DNA of 64,000 nt from Bdellovibrionales bacterium (GTDB lineage Bacteria; Bdellovibrionota; Bdellovibrionia; Bdellovibrionales; UBA1609). The stretch is taken from NCBI GenBank assembly GCA_965203095.1, contig OZ241877.1, positions 1,120,001-1,184,000 on the forward strand. Reading direction: 5' to 3'. Both the position numbers and the translations under genes were made by a program. Of this stretch, positions 36,382-46,819 are shown in pieces (position 1 is the stretch's first letter; every line of letters starts with the position of its first letter). The notes under the pieces are model-generated. The model was not told where the DNA came from. It worked only from the letters and a program-made list of their open reading frames with translations, and did no database searches.

Positions 36382-38760
36382 CTATTGGCAAGACTCACAA
36401 ACTTCAGGATTTTCCAAAGTTTTATTTGGCACTGTGACTTTAGCAATGTTTGTTGCTGGTCGGGATCGTAAATAGTAGCTGGTTTTTAAGCCCCTTTTCC
36501 AAGCATACATATACATACTGGAAAGCTTGTTAATAGTGGGGCTTTCCACAAACAAGTTAAGTGACTGGCTTTGGTCAATATAAGGCCCCCTCACAATGGC
36601 CCAATCAATAAGGCTTTTTTGGGAAATCTCCCAAGAGGTCTTAAAAAGCTCTTTAATCCTCTGTGGGATTTCAGGAATGTTTTGAATAGAACCTTCGTGT
36701 GCTTTTAACTGCTCTTTGATTTTTGTAGTCCAAAGCCCCTCTTTTTTTAAAGCCTGTGCAAGGTATTTATTGATTTGAATAAATTCTCCGGAAAGAGTTT
36801 CCCTTTTAAAAAGATTAGACACCTGTGGCTCGATAGATTCATAAACTCCTACTATAGAGGCAATGGTGGCAGTGGGAGCTATAGCAATCATGAGAGAATT
36901 TCTCAAACCGTGTTTTTTAATGCGAGCTTTAAGGTTGTCCCATCGTTTAGAATCTTGTGGCTTTACCCCCCAAAGATCAAACTGCAAAAGCCCTTTTGAA
37001 GCTCTTGTCTCGAAAAACTTCTCATGAGGCTTATACTTTTTGGCTAAATCACAAGAGGCAGAAAGGGCCTGATAATAGATTTCCTCTTGAATTTTAGCCG
37101 TCATTTCTTTAGCTTTTTCGCTTTCAAAGGGTATTTCCATCTGAAAAAAGAGATCTTGAAGCCCCATCAAACCCAAACCTACAGGTCTCCATGCCTTATT
37201 GGATTTTTTAGCTGTCAGTATAGGGTAAAAATTGACATCCACCACCTTATCTAAAAACTTTATAGCCACTTTGACATTTCTGGCCAGTTTGTCCCAATCC
37301 AAATCTTTACTGCGATCATCATAATAGTTCCCTATATTGATAGAGCCTAAGTTGCAAACGGCTGTCTCTTTGTCTGAACTGACCTCTAAAATCTCTGTGC
37401 AGAGGTTGGATAAATGGATTGTATTTTCCGGATTGAGAGTTTGATTGCTTTTTTTATTACTGTGATCTTTAAAATTCATCCAACCGTTTCCGGTCTCTGC
37501 TAAAGTTTTCATCATACGGGCGTATAATTTTCGAGCAGATAGTTTCCGGACAGCTAAGCCCTTTCTTTCCGCCTCTTTATATTTTTTGGAAAATTCTTCC
37601 CCAAAGCAATCTATAAGTTCTGGAACTTCTTTGGGATCAAAAAGAGACCATGGCTCATCCGCCTCCACTCTTTCCATGAAAAGATCGGGCACCCAGTTGG
37701 CCATATTGAGGTTATGGGCCCTTTGTTGCTCGTCTCCTGTGTTGTCTCGCAACTCTAAAAAAGATTCAATATCCTGATGCCATGTTTCAAGATAGATGCA
37801 AGCGGCACCTTTTCTCCTACCCCCTTGATTGACTGCGGCCACAGAGGAATCTAAGGTTTTTAAAAAAGGAATAATGCCATTGGACTTCCCATTAGTCCCT
37901 TTAATAAGAGAACCTCTCCCGCGGATCCGGGAAAAAGATAGGCCAATCCCTCCGGCAAATTTAGAGAGTAAGGCCACATCTTTATATTTGTCATAAATGG
38001 CGGAGAGATCGTCTTTTGGAGAATCTAAAAGATAGCAGGAAGACAGTTGCGATCGATAGGAGGCCGAGTTAAATAAGGTGGGTGAGCTGGGCATATAATC
38101 CAGGCAGGACATCAGGTCGTAAAATGTTTTAGCGGATCGAAAATTCTCTGATAGGCCACAAGCCACTCTCAGGAAAAAAAACTGAGGGCTTTCTATCACT
38201 TGGCGACTTTCCGGATCTTTTAAAAGATAACGATCATAAACAGTCCTCAAGCCAAAATATTCAAATTTTTGAGTTCGGGAATCATCAATAATAATATTTA
38301 AAGCCTCTTTATGTTCTCTAACAAAATCATATTTGTCCTTATGTATCAATCCCGCTTTATAGGATTTTTTAATGCTGTCGAAAAAGTTAATAATTCCCTG
38401 GTTGGTGACCTCTTCGTTGATATAACGAGCCAAAAGTCGAGCAGAAAGTTTAGAATAATCAGGGTCTTCAGCTATTAGGAGAGAAGCTGTCCTGATGCAA
38501 AGGCGGTCCAGTTCCTTAGTGCTGGCCCCATCATAAAGCCCACTAATCACTTTTGTCGCTACCCGCATAGGATCCACCTCATTTAAACCCGAAGAGCAGG
38601 CCAAAACTACATTGATGATTTTATTGACATTTACCGGCTCATAACTGTTATCCCGTTTTTTAACCCTCATAATTTTAGGGCCGGCAAAGCTGTTGTCCTC
38701 AACACTGGCTAAACGGAGTTTGGCATTATTTTGATCTGTATTTGACTGTGTCTCAATCAT
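36382..38760 (-). CDS. nrdA: Ribonucleotide reductase alpha subunit with ATP cone
   Basis: VKKRD cone, SPTLFN, SSCYL, SNLCTEI, VCNLGS, APTATI, KTSYYLR, C-terminal CESCQ; start approximate. Confidence 0.97.
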   Translation of the reverse strand: MIETQSNTDQNNAKLRLASVEDNSFAGPKIMRVKKRDNSYEPVNVNKIINVVLACSSGLNEVDPMRVATKVISGLYDGASTKELDRLCIRTASLLIAEDPDYSKLSARLLARYINEEVTNQGIINFFDSIKKSYKAGLIHKDKYDFVREHKEALNIIIDDSRTQKFEYFGLRTVYDRYLLKDPESRQVIESPQFFFLRVACGLSENFRSAKTFYDLMSCLDYMPSSPTLFNSASYRSQLSSCYLLDSPKDDLSAIYDKYKDVALLSKFAGGIGLSFSRIRGRGSLIKGTNGKSNGIIPFLKTLDSSVAAVNQGGRRKGAACIYLETWHQDIESFLELRDNTGDEQQRAHNLNMANWVPDLFMERVEADEPWSLFDPKEVPELIDCFGEEFSKKYKEAERKGLAVRKLSARKLYARMMKTLAETGNGWMNFKDHSNKKSNQTLNPENTIHLSNLCTEILEVSSDKETAVCNLGSINIGNYYDDRSKDLDWDKLARNVKVAIKFLDKVVDVNFYPILTAKKSNKAWRPVGLGLMGLQDLFFQMEIPFESEKAKEMTAKIQEEIYYQALSASCDLAKKYKPHEKFFETRASKGLLQFDLWGVKPQDSKRWDNLKARIKKHGLRNSLMIAIAPTATIASIVGVYESIEPQVSNLFKRETLSGEFIQINKYLAQALKKEGLWTTKIKEQLKAHEGSIQNIPEIPQRIKELFKTSWEISQKSLIDWAIVRGPYIDQSQSLNLFVESPTINKLSSMYMYAWKRGLKTSYYLRSRPATNIAKVTVPNKTLENPEVCESCQ

Positions 38761-39054
38761 ATCATGGTTTTCTCTATGACATCCCTCAGCCCCTTTGCGA
38801 GATAAGAGAAGTGGAGAGGCTATCTCCATTGATCTCAAGCTTAAGGTGGAGAGCTTTTTTTGTCCAGAATTTAAAGATAAAAATGAGATCAACTCTTAAT
38901 TTTTGGCAGAAGATTAGACCATAGCCTTAATTTTAAAGGGCAGGTTGTCGTCACTATGCATAAATTCCGAAAAAAATTAAAAATAAAAAAATCTTTGATG
39001 CAAAGCCAAAGCGACTTGACTTTTGACAAAAAGACATTTTCGTAATTCTTTAAT

Positions 39055-39212
39055 TAGTCGTCCGTGAAAAACCTTTGTTTTTTAACTTTTTTTGTCCAAA
39101 GGACCATTCCATTTCGGGACGGCAATACCTTGGACCCTCATGGAATGGCCTTTGGACAAAATCAGGAAAAAGAAGATGAGGTTTTTTGTCCAGCTTTTTT
39201 CACAGACGACTA
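39055..39212. repeat. TIR-bounded palindromic MITE-like element, arm type B (best-preserved copy)
   Basis: GTCGTCCGTGAAAAA / TTTTTCACAGACGAC flanked by TAATTA on both sides; inner stem TTTGTCCAAAGG(A)CCATTCCA / TGGAATGGCCTTTGGACAAA; core on the minus strand. Confidence 0.9.
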
Positions 39213-39221
39213 ATTAGTCTC

Positions 39222-40685
39222 TTATTTAAGGCATTCTAAAGCGATCTCCTTGTCGCAAAAGCGGATTTTTTTATCACCTATGATCTGGAAGTCCTCATGC
39301 CCTTTCCCAGCGATGAGGACGCAGTCCCCCGAAGTAGCGGATTGGATAGCTTTTTGAATGGCTTGTTTGCGATCGGGTTCTTGTGTGATTTGTTTTCTCT
39401 CTTTAGTGGATAAATTTTTTATGCTATCAATGATGATTTGTTCTGGATCTTCATGCCGGGGATTGTCTGAAGTGAGAAAAACCTTATCCGCCAGCTTTAA
39501 AGCTATTTTTGCCATTTCAGGTCTTTTGCTTTTGTCTCTATCCCCTCCACAGCCATAAACTAAAATGATTTTTTTTGCTCCGGGGCGAAGAGCTTTTAAA
39601 GCATAAGCCAAAGCTGAGGGGCTGTGGGCATAGTCGATCACCACTTCAAAAGGCTTAGAGGCTTGAACTCTCTCCATTCGTCCAGGAACACCGGGAAAGT
39701 TTTTTAAGGCTTGAGCACAGGCTTTGGCTTTAAATCCAGTGAGCAAAGCACATGAAATGCCGGCTACAGCATTATAGACATTATAAAGACCTGTTAAAGG
39801 GAGAAAAAAATCATGAAGGCCAAAGGGGCTTTTTAATTTAAAAGTGCTATTCCACTGAGTGATTTTCTTGATTTGAAAACTAAAATCAGAGGACGGGTTT
39901 TGGCCATAAGTCCATAAGGGTTTTTTTATCAAAGGCTTTAACTTGTGCCCATAGAGGTCGTCTTGATTGATCAGGCAAAATAGGTTTTTCCCTCTGCATC
40001 CTGAGTCGGGCAAGAAGAGTTTTTTTTTGGTTTGAAAGTAATTGTCCATATTTTTATGATAATCCAAGTGGTCTTGGCTCAAATTGGTAAAAACAAGGGC
40101 ATTAAAATCCAGCCCATCCACACGACCTTGATCTAAAGCATGGCTTGAGACTTCCATAGCTAAGGCTCTGGCTTCTAAACGGACAAAGTCATTTAATCGC
40201 CCGAAAAGCTCCACTGGGTCAGGGGTGGTTAAAGAGGATGGCCATTTGTGTTCTTTAAAAGCTTGCTCCACTGTGCCTATGATGGCTGTGGGCCAGCCAC
40301 AAGAACTTAAAATCCACTCCATCAAATAGCAAAAAGTGGTTTTTCCGTTGGAACCAGTCACTCCTAAGGTAAAAAGTTTTTCTGAAGGAAAATCATAAAA
40401 TCGGTTTAAAATTTTTGGCAAAATTTCCTTCTGATCTTTATATTTTAAGATCATCCCTTTAAAATCAGGAGGCCAACCATTGGTTTTTCCCACTAAGAGG
40501 GCTTTAGCCCCTTTTTGAATGGCTTGTTTTAAGTAATAGTGGCCATCGGTTTTTTGCCCCTTCAAGGCGACAAAAAGTGACGAGCTTTTGACTTTATCTG
40601 AGTGAATGCTTATTGAGGACAAGGGGGGTATGTTCGCCTTTTGCAGAGGCTCAAAGTGCTTGAGAAGGAAATCCTTAAAACTCAT
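39222..40685 (-). CDS. murE: UDP-MurNAc-tripeptide synthetase (meso-DAP type)
   Basis: GVTGSNGKTT, LTTPD, MEVSSH, DHLDYH, DYAHSP, GCGGDRD, DNPR, AGKGHE. Confidence 0.97.
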   Translation of the reverse strand: MSFKDFLLKHFEPLQKANIPPLSSISIHSDKVKSSSLFVALKGQKTDGHYYLKQAIQKGAKALLVGKTNGWPPDFKGMILKYKDQKEILPKILNRFYDFPSEKLFTLGVTGSNGKTTFCYLMEWILSSCGWPTAIIGTVEQAFKEHKWPSSLTTPDPVELFGRLNDFVRLEARALAMEVSSHALDQGRVDGLDFNALVFTNLSQDHLDYHKNMDNYFQTKKKLFLPDSGCRGKNLFCLINQDDLYGHKLKPLIKKPLWTYGQNPSSDFSFQIKKITQWNSTFKLKSPFGLHDFFLPLTGLYNVYNAVAGISCALLTGFKAKACAQALKNFPGVPGRMERVQASKPFEVVIDYAHSPSALAYALKALRPGAKKIILVYGCGGDRDKSKRPEMAKIALKLADKVFLTSDNPRHEDPEQIIIDSIKNLSTKERKQITQEPDRKQAIQKAIQSATSGDCVLIAGKGHEDFQIIGDKKIRFCDKEIALECLK

Positions 40686-40785
40686 ATTTAGGCAGGTTCA
40701 TGACACTTTTAGAGGTTGTTTTTCAAACATTTTTAATAATAACAGATACAAATTATCTTGTCTATGATTAAATCTAAATTCACAT

Positions 40786-41841
40786 TCAGTGACGGCCATA
40801 ATCCTTGCTAAAAAGCTCCTTAAAAAGTCTCTTTTCTGCACGAATTTCGCTTATTATATCTGCTTGAAAAAAATGATTCAAATCCTCAATATATAAATTG
40901 CTGGTTGAGGGGTCGAATTTTGAGCTTAAACTCTCTCGTCCATAAATTGCTGGGCCTTGATGGCCTTCTCTCATCATAGATATAAAGTTAGAACCAGGGA
41001 AAAACATTTTTAAATGCTCCTCCACCTCTTTATAAATATTTTTTTTACCTTGTTCAGGCCATCTCATCCAAACCTCCAGCAGGCCATCTCTATGAAAAAC
41101 ACTGAGGAGATTGTCATGGGTCCAAGGTAAAAAAATATCTTTTAAAAATACAAAGTGAGATGGAATGATTTTTTTATAATCTCCAAAATCTGTTTTAAAG
41201 AAACAGGATTCCCATCGCCAATATGGCTCAATAGTTTGTTGTTGTTTTAAATCAACCGGCAATGACTGGTTCAACCAAACCGATTTCTCACTTTTCAAAA
41301 GTTTTTTTTGTGCCAGCCAACTCCACTGGGCCTGCTCATCACAAGAAATATCTTTTAAATAAGCTTTGTAAAAAGAGATTGAGGAATGATCATTTTGAAA
41401 CTGTTTTATTTTTTTAATTGAAGGTTCAAACAAAAAATAATCAGAAAAAAGATTCAAGCCTTGATTGGAAAATTCAGAATTGTTGTATTCAAAAACTTTG
41501 CCGGCCAAATTAAAAGAGAGGTCATTCAGCCAATGGCTTTCAAAATTATTGGAAGAATCTCTGTTTAAAACGGGTAGCTGTTCCCTCATAGAGAGCATAT
41601 CTTGAAGAGGCCATACCCCTTGAGGGCTGAGGAGGCAAAAACCTCCCTCTTGTTGAAACAAAAAGCCCAAACTTTGTAAAAACTCTTTTTCCTCTCTAAG
41701 GTTTTCATCTATAAAAAAGCCAAAGGGGCTTTTTACCTGCGGCAAAAGTTCCACATAAGCTGTTTTTTGCCCACTTTCTGCCAGTTTTTTTGCCAAAAAA
41801 AGTCCTCTCGGCCAATAAGCAAAAATCGCCCAATCAAACAT
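40786..41841 (-). CDS. Hypothetical protein (possibly degenerate Rossmann-like N-terminus)
   Basis: 351-aa ORF with GAGG RBS; beta-alpha-beta-like start lacking GxGxxG. Confidence 0.6.
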   Translation of the reverse strand: MFDWAIFAYWPRGLFLAKKLAESGQKTAYVELLPQVKSPFGFFIDENLREEKEFLQSLGFLFQQEGGFCLLSPQGVWPLQDMLSMREQLPVLNRDSSNNFESHWLNDLSFNLAGKVFEYNNSEFSNQGLNLFSDYFLFEPSIKKIKQFQNDHSSISFYKAYLKDISCDEQAQWSWLAQKKLLKSEKSVWLNQSLPVDLKQQQTIEPYWRWESCFFKTDFGDYKKIIPSHFVFLKDIFLPWTHDNLLSVFHRDGLLEVWMRWPEQGKKNIYKEVEEHLKMFFPGSNFISMMREGHQGPAIYGRESLSSKFDPSTSNLYIEDLNHFFQADIISEIRAEKRLFKELFSKDYGRH

Positions 41842-41931
41842 TATAAAAACCTCATTTTTCAGTTTTTTCTTGAGATTTATGAGATAATAGCATAAGCCAT
41901 TCCCACTTAAAATGGGAGTCCAAAAACCGCC

Positions 41932-42198
41932 CTATGAGGCTCCAAAGTATTCATCGAGCTTTTCTAAAAGAGTCCATCGCAACTGATCGATGTTGGCCAT
42001 TTCATCTTCATTATCTAATTCCTTATAAAGAATATCATCTCTCAAAATTTGAATTTTTTGTTTTAAATGGGGATCATTTTGAGTTTGAATAAAGCGATTA
42101 AGATAAAGCCCCACTTTTCGCTTAAAATCTCCAGTATTTGTCTCATAGAGAGCTTCAATTTGCCTCAGCAGGCTTTCTTTTATTTGTTTTTCCATCAA
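41932..42198 (-). CDS. Hypothetical protein
   Basis: 88-aa helical ORF overlapping the prpD stop. Confidence 0.6.
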   Translation of the reverse strand: MMEKQIKESLLRQIEALYETNTGDFKRKVGLYLNRFIQTQNDPHLKQKIQILRDDILYKELDNEDEMANIDQLRWTLLEKLDEYFGAS

Positions 42199-43691
42199 AA
42201 AATACCTTTACTTTTTGGATCTGTTGAAAGCCCTGCCTGAACATTCAACTGGCCAACTTCCTCCGGCGACAAACTCTCTAACCTTTGAACCAGATCTAAA
42301 AACCTTTCCATTTCCTGCCTCGCTACCACTCCTTCACTGAGGCTTAAAAATTTATGAATATAATCTTCCCGCTTAAAAGGCTTTGCTCCAAAAGGATGAG
42401 CGTCTGCCAATTTTTTCTCTGCTGAAATAAGCTCTCCACTTTTTAACTCAATTTGCACCTTTCCGCCAAAAGCTTTTTTTTGAGGATCAGGGTTTTTATA
42501 TAAATCTGTCCATAATTTGTCCTCACAAGTTTTTATTTTGTGCCAAAGCTGAACAGTGGAGGGCCGGCCAGCTCGCTCTTTTGTGTAAGAGTCTATATGA
42601 TGCCATCTTCCATCTTCTAAAGCCACAGCAAAAATATAGGGTAAACTGTGATCTAAAGTCTCTCTACTCGCTTGAGGATCCATTTTTTGCGGATCTCCAG
42701 ATCCTGTCCCTATTACAAAATGTGTGTGATGAGATGTAAAAATAGTTATGTTTTTAATAAGAGAAAGATCTTTTATTTTTGGCCCCAGTTCAAAAGCCAA
42801 ATCAATAAAAGCCTGAGCCTGATACTCCGCTGAGTGGGCTTTGGTGTAAGATTCTAAAATGCTGGTTTTTTCCTCCCCTTTTTGGACAAGTGGGATTTCA
42901 TAAAGTGCCCCCGGCCCTTTGAGCATATAGGCCACAACGGAGTCCTCTCCCTCATAAATAGGAGAAGGAGAATTTTCCCCTCTAAGGGCACGATCCATAG
43001 CCTCAATGGCCATTTTTCCGGCAAAGGCCGGAGCATAAGCTTTCCAGCTGGAAATTGCCCCTTTGCGGGATTGGCGCGTGGTGAAAGAGACATGAACCGC
43101 CTGCTGAATAGCCTGATAAACTCGCTCTATATCCCTATCCAGTAAAGCTCCTATTCCGGCAGTTTGTGCTGGGCAAAGATGGGCAATATGATCTATTTTA
43201 TGTTGATGAAGGCATATCCCTTTAACCAAACTGATATGAATCTCATAAGCTGATAAAATACCTTTTAAAAGATCCAATCCGTTTTTTCCTGCCTGTTGGG
43301 CCACAGCCAGCAAAGGGGGAATATTGTCCGCAGGATGAGAGTAATCTTCAGCTAAATAAGTGTCGTGAAAATCCAGTTCTCTTACAGCTACACCATTGGC
43401 CCAAGCCCCCCACTCTGCAGAAAAGCGATATTTATTGGGAAGGCCAAACAGGGTAGAACCTTTTGAAAGAGGCTGTGCTAAAGCCTGATCTCTGGCACAG
43501 GCCACTGGCTGGCGGTTGAGGCTGGCCATAGCCACAGCTGAATTGTCAATAATGCGGTTGATGACCATATCCCTAACTGATGAAGATATAGGGGCGGGAT
43601 CTAAAGCCACTTCTGCCAACCTCCAAGCCAACTCCTGCTCTTTTTTTAATGGAACTTTGGAAGGATAAACCTTAAGAATATGTGTTCTCAT
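42195..43691 (-). CDS. prpD: 2-methylcitrate dehydratase (MmgE/PrpD family)
   Basis: VRELDFHDT, SHPADNIPP, IDHIAH, ISSWKA, RETLDHS. Confidence 0.93.
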   Translation of the reverse strand: MRTHILKVYPSKVPLKKEQELAWRLAEVALDPAPISSSVRDMVINRIIDNSAVAMASLNRQPVACARDQALAQPLSKGSTLFGLPNKYRFSAEWGAWANGVAVRELDFHDTYLAEDYSHPADNIPPLLAVAQQAGKNGLDLLKGILSAYEIHISLVKGICLHQHKIDHIAHLCPAQTAGIGALLDRDIERVYQAIQQAVHVSFTTRQSRKGAISSWKAYAPAFAGKMAIEAMDRALRGENSPSPIYEGEDSVVAYMLKGPGALYEIPLVQKGEEKTSILESYTKAHSAEYQAQAFIDLAFELGPKIKDLSLIKNITIFTSHHTHFVIGTGSGDPQKMDPQASRETLDHSLPYIFAVALEDGRWHHIDSYTKERAGRPSTVQLWHKIKTCEDKLWTDLYKNPDPQKKAFGGKVQIELKSGELISAEKKLADAHPFGAKPFKREDYIHKFLSLSEGVVARQEMERFLDLVQRLESLSPEEVGQLNVQAGLSTDPKSKGIF

Positions 43692-43738
43692 ATATATTCT
43701 CCGGGCAGAGACTTAATATTTTTGCTGAGGATATATAT

Positions 43739-44551
43739 TTAAGCCGCCACCAGCTCCTCTCTATCTATTTTGCTCATAAGCTTTTGCTTTAACCTTTCTA
43801 TAGCTTGAACATGGAGTTGGGAAACGCGACTTTCTGTCACTTTCAAAATCTGCCCTATCTTTCTCAAATTGCACTCTTCGTAATAATAAAGTGATAAAAC
43901 AATCCTTTGCCTTTCTGGCAACTCTCTAATTGTATCAAGAATAACTTTATGGACCGATTTCCTGTTCAATTTGCTGTATGAGGAATCCACTCCCTCTAAC
44001 ATTCTTAAAACCATACCTTTGTCCACATGGTTAAGGATTGAGCTTTCATCTATAGAGACCATACTCACTTCACGGGTTTGATGTAATAAATTGTGATAGT
44101 CCTCTAAGCTCACTTTTAGGGCTGAGGCAATTTCTTTTTCTTCAGGAGAGCGGGAAAATTTTTGTTCTAAATTTTTGGCCACCTTGTTAATTTTTTTGGC
44201 TTTGTCTCTTACAGAGCGAGGGGTCCAATCTTCCGATCTTAAGGTGTCCAAAATAGCTCCACGGACACGAAACTCCGCATAAGTTTTAAACTTATTATTC
44301 CGCCTGGGATCATATTTTTGGATAGCATCCATTAAACCAATCACTCCGCTGGAAACCAAATCACTGCATTGGATATGAGCCGGCAAACGGGAAGATATCC
44401 TCCTGGCGATATATTGAATCATAGGGAGATACCTTTCAATAATCGCATTTCTGTCCTTAACACTCAAGTTTTTTTGTAGAATCATCTTTTCCTCCCTTTT
44501 TCCAAGGAAGTCAATTAGACTTGAAGATTTCTTTCTTTTAGATTGTGCCAT
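43739..44551 (-). CDS. fliA: RNA polymerase sigma-28 (FliA/WhiG)
   Basis: DLVSSGVIGLMDAI.KYD, FKTYAEFRVRGAILD.LR..DW.PRS, LYYYEE, VTESRVSQLH. Confidence 0.95.
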   Translation of the reverse strand: MAQSKRKKSSSLIDFLGKREEKMILQKNLSVKDRNAIIERYLPMIQYIARRISSRLPAHIQCSDLVSSGVIGLMDAIQKYDPRRNNKFKTYAEFRVRGAILDTLRSEDWTPRSVRDKAKKINKVAKNLEQKFSRSPEEKEIASALKVSLEDYHNLLHQTREVSMVSIDESSILNHVDKGMVLRMLEGVDSSYSKLNRKSVHKVILDTIRELPERQRIVLSLYYYEECNLRKIGQILKVTESRVSQLHVQAIERLKQKLMSKIDREELVAA

Positions 44552-44565
44552 GTTTCCTCCTTTTT

Positions 44566-45069
44566 TTAGTTCAACACTTCAGTTTGAATCTGAACCCCAC
44601 GAACAAGGCTCTGATTTACAAAAGCATTAAGTTGCGATTGGATTTGCTCTTCAAAATAATCTTTTTTCTTTTTAAGAAATTGAGTGGACTGACCGGACAA
44701 AATAAACAAAAGATGTTTTTTAATCTGATTATCAGAGGATAAAAAATCTTTTTCCAAAGAGTGAGCATTAAAACTGATGGAAACCTGAACTCTGGCCAAC
44801 TGTGGGCCTTCTCTCCCTTTTAAATTGACTAAAAGAGGAAACACATGTGTTGCCTTTGTATCCGCCTTAATGGGTTTTTTAGAAAAGATCCAAATGCTTT
44901 TATTTGAATAAAAAAACGGAACAGCCCTTAAAACTAAAAAGCTAAAAAAAGCTAAAAAAGAGCTAAAGGCCAGAATTTTTTTTATAGATTTTGCTGTTAA
45001 AAGCTCTTTCCTTTTAGGTTTAGAAAAGGGATCTTGATTTTGAAATTTAAATTTTGTTTTTTTAACCAT
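44566..45069 (-). CDS. fliL: FliL-like flagellar basal body-associated protein
   Basis: One TM segment, then PLLVNL...V.ISF...IK..L..ILS....QLN pattern. Confidence 0.65.
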   Translation of the reverse strand: MVKKTKFKFQNQDPFSKPKRKELLTAKSIKKILAFSSFLAFFSFLVLRAVPFFYSNKSIWIFSKKPIKADTKATHVFPLLVNLKGREGPQLARVQVSISFNAHSLEKDFLSSDNQIKKHLLFILSGQSTQFLKKKKDYFEEQIQSQLNAFVNQSLVRGVQIQTEVLN

Positions 45070-45311
45070 GCTGACCTTATGACATACAAAAAGGATTCCT
45101 ATCCCGACTTTAGTAGGGGCTACATAGTCAAAGCTTAATTTTAAAAGCTTTTAGATTTATGAGAATGACATGCAGAGGAAGAAACTGTCAAAAAACACAC
45201 ACTATGAGCTACTTGTAGACAATTTATTGGCAGTTCAAGAGTCTCTTACTTTGTCTCTCAACTTCCTGCTTTTTCAGAGACAAGCTTACAGAAAATTATC
45301 TTTTTAACTAC

Positions 45312-45428
45312 TTTTATCCAAAGGCCACACCATGAGGGTTCAAGGTATTGCCGTCCCGAAATGGGGTGGCCTTTGGATAAAGAAATTAAAGAATAATGTT
45401 TTTTAGCAAGATTTTTCACACAGGACTA
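45312..45428. repeat. Palindromic MITE-like element, arm type B (left TIR decayed)
   Basis: TTTATCCAAAGGCCACACCA-TGAGGGTTCAAGGTATTGCCGTCCCGAAA-TGGGGTGGCCTTTGGATAAA; right TIR TTTTTCACACAGGACTA. Confidence 0.85.
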
Positions 45429-45473
45429 TTGGTGACAGGAAGTTTTTTAACAAGCTTTATAGGTTTTAAAAAT

Positions 45474-46181
45474 TTAAGCAGAGAAACTTAAAGTGGTAGA
45501 GGAATTTTTAATCCAGTAGTTTTGCCATCGGTGCTTTAATCTCAAAGCCTTTTGATTGTGCGGTTCTATATCCAAAGAGCGATTGAGGCAAGCTAAAGCT
45601 AAATCTTCATCTCCAAGGGCCTTTCTTACCAAAGCTAAACCCTGCCAAGCTTTAGCATAGCGAGGTTGAGACTGCACTACTTTTTGAAATCCTTTTTCAG
45701 CAGATTTATACTTCTTTTCCTTTAAATGCAAAATGGCACGGTGAAAAATAAGGCTAAAACAAGAGGGATTTAATGTGCCCGCTTTGTTATAATATTCCTC
45801 TGCCATAGCAAAATTATTTTTCAATAAACCAATTTCCCCTAAGGCTTTATAAATTATAAATAACAAAGGGCAAGGTTCAGAGATCTGATACAGGGCGGAC
45901 AAATAATGCTTTTCAGCCGGGTCCAAAAGAGATCGCTCCAAAAAGGATTTAGCTAAGCCCACCTGATCTAAAACCTTATCTCTTCTCTTTAAAAGATGGG
46001 AAAAAATATTTTCTGCCAATTCCCATTTTTTGTTTTCCAAAGCTAAACAGCCGGCCCATTCCAAAAGGCGAACAGGTGCCTCTTTATTTTTTGCTAACTG
46101 AGATAAAAAATCAGCCGATTTCTCTAATCTGATCGGAGTTCGGTTTTCTGAATAATGTTCCATACCCATTACACATAGCAA
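45474..46181 (-). CDS. Tetratricopeptide repeat protein
   Basis: YKALGEIGL..AEEYYNKA, AKAWQGLA..ALACLNRSLDIEP TPR patterns. Confidence 0.8.
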   Translation of the reverse strand: MLCVMGMEHYSENRTPIRLEKSADFLSQLAKNKEAPVRLLEWAGCLALENKKWELAENIFSHLLKRRDKVLDQVGLAKSFLERSLLDPAEKHYLSALYQISEPCPLLFIIYKALGEIGLLKNNFAMAEEYYNKAGTLNPSCFSLIFHRAILHLKEKKYKSAEKGFQKVVQSQPRYAKAWQGLALVRKALGDEDLALACLNRSLDIEPHNQKALRLKHRWQNYWIKNSSTTLSFSA

Positions 46182-46281
46182 ATTTCATTCCCTACTGGAC
46201 AAAAGCCGGGTGTAAATTTAACAAAAAAATGGTTTATGGTGCTCAATAAGGGCAATAGTAGGTTTTGGTTTTTAAAAAAAA

Positions 46282-46641
46282 TTAAGAGGCAATGGCCGGC
46301 AATTCTTTCTTTTTGATCTGATCCACTAAGGAGATAATAGTCAGATCCTGATCCAAAATGGACAGGACCATTTTCCTTTTAAGTTCCAACATGTCTGCTA
46401 ATTTCTTTTTCTCTCGTGCATTCACTGTCACCTTTTTATCCCATTCGTTTTGGGATATCTTCTTATCTAATTTGTTGATGGCATTCAGCAAAAGCTCACG
46501 GGAATAATAAAAATTTTCCAAATTATCTATGCAACCTTCAGATAATCGACTCAATTCATCCATATTGAGTTTGTGAAACTCCAACAGATAAGAATTTTTT
46601 TGCTCCAACACTTCAAACAGCGAAAAAACTTCTTTATGCAT
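46282..46641 (-). CDS. Small helical protein, possibly a FlgN/FliT-like flagellar chaperone
   Basis: All-helical 119 aa with GGAGG RBS, near fliL/fliA. Confidence 0.45.
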   Translation of the reverse strand: MHKEVFSLFEVLEQKNSYLLEFHKLNMDELSRLSEGCIDNLENFYYSRELLLNAINKLDKKISQNEWDKKVTVNAREKKKLADMLELKRKMVLSILDQDLTIISLVDQIKKKELPAIAS

Positions 46642-46819
46642 AGCCCTCCCTCCCTTTTTGATTTGCTCCCTGATTATGACACAAAATAATAAAAAATATC
46701 ATGTCAATAATTTATCCTTGTCTATAGGCGGGAGTGAAAAAAAGCCCTTATTTTGCGGGAATTTTGAAAAGTGTCAATTTTTTGATAGGTTTTTGGTCTT
46801 AATTTTTTTTAAAAAAAAT

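Noticed and set aside
38770..38970. Cobalamin riboswitch or NrdR boxes upstream of nrdA
   Set aside because: Only short GGCAG fragments; no B12-box or convincing NrdR palindrome is visible
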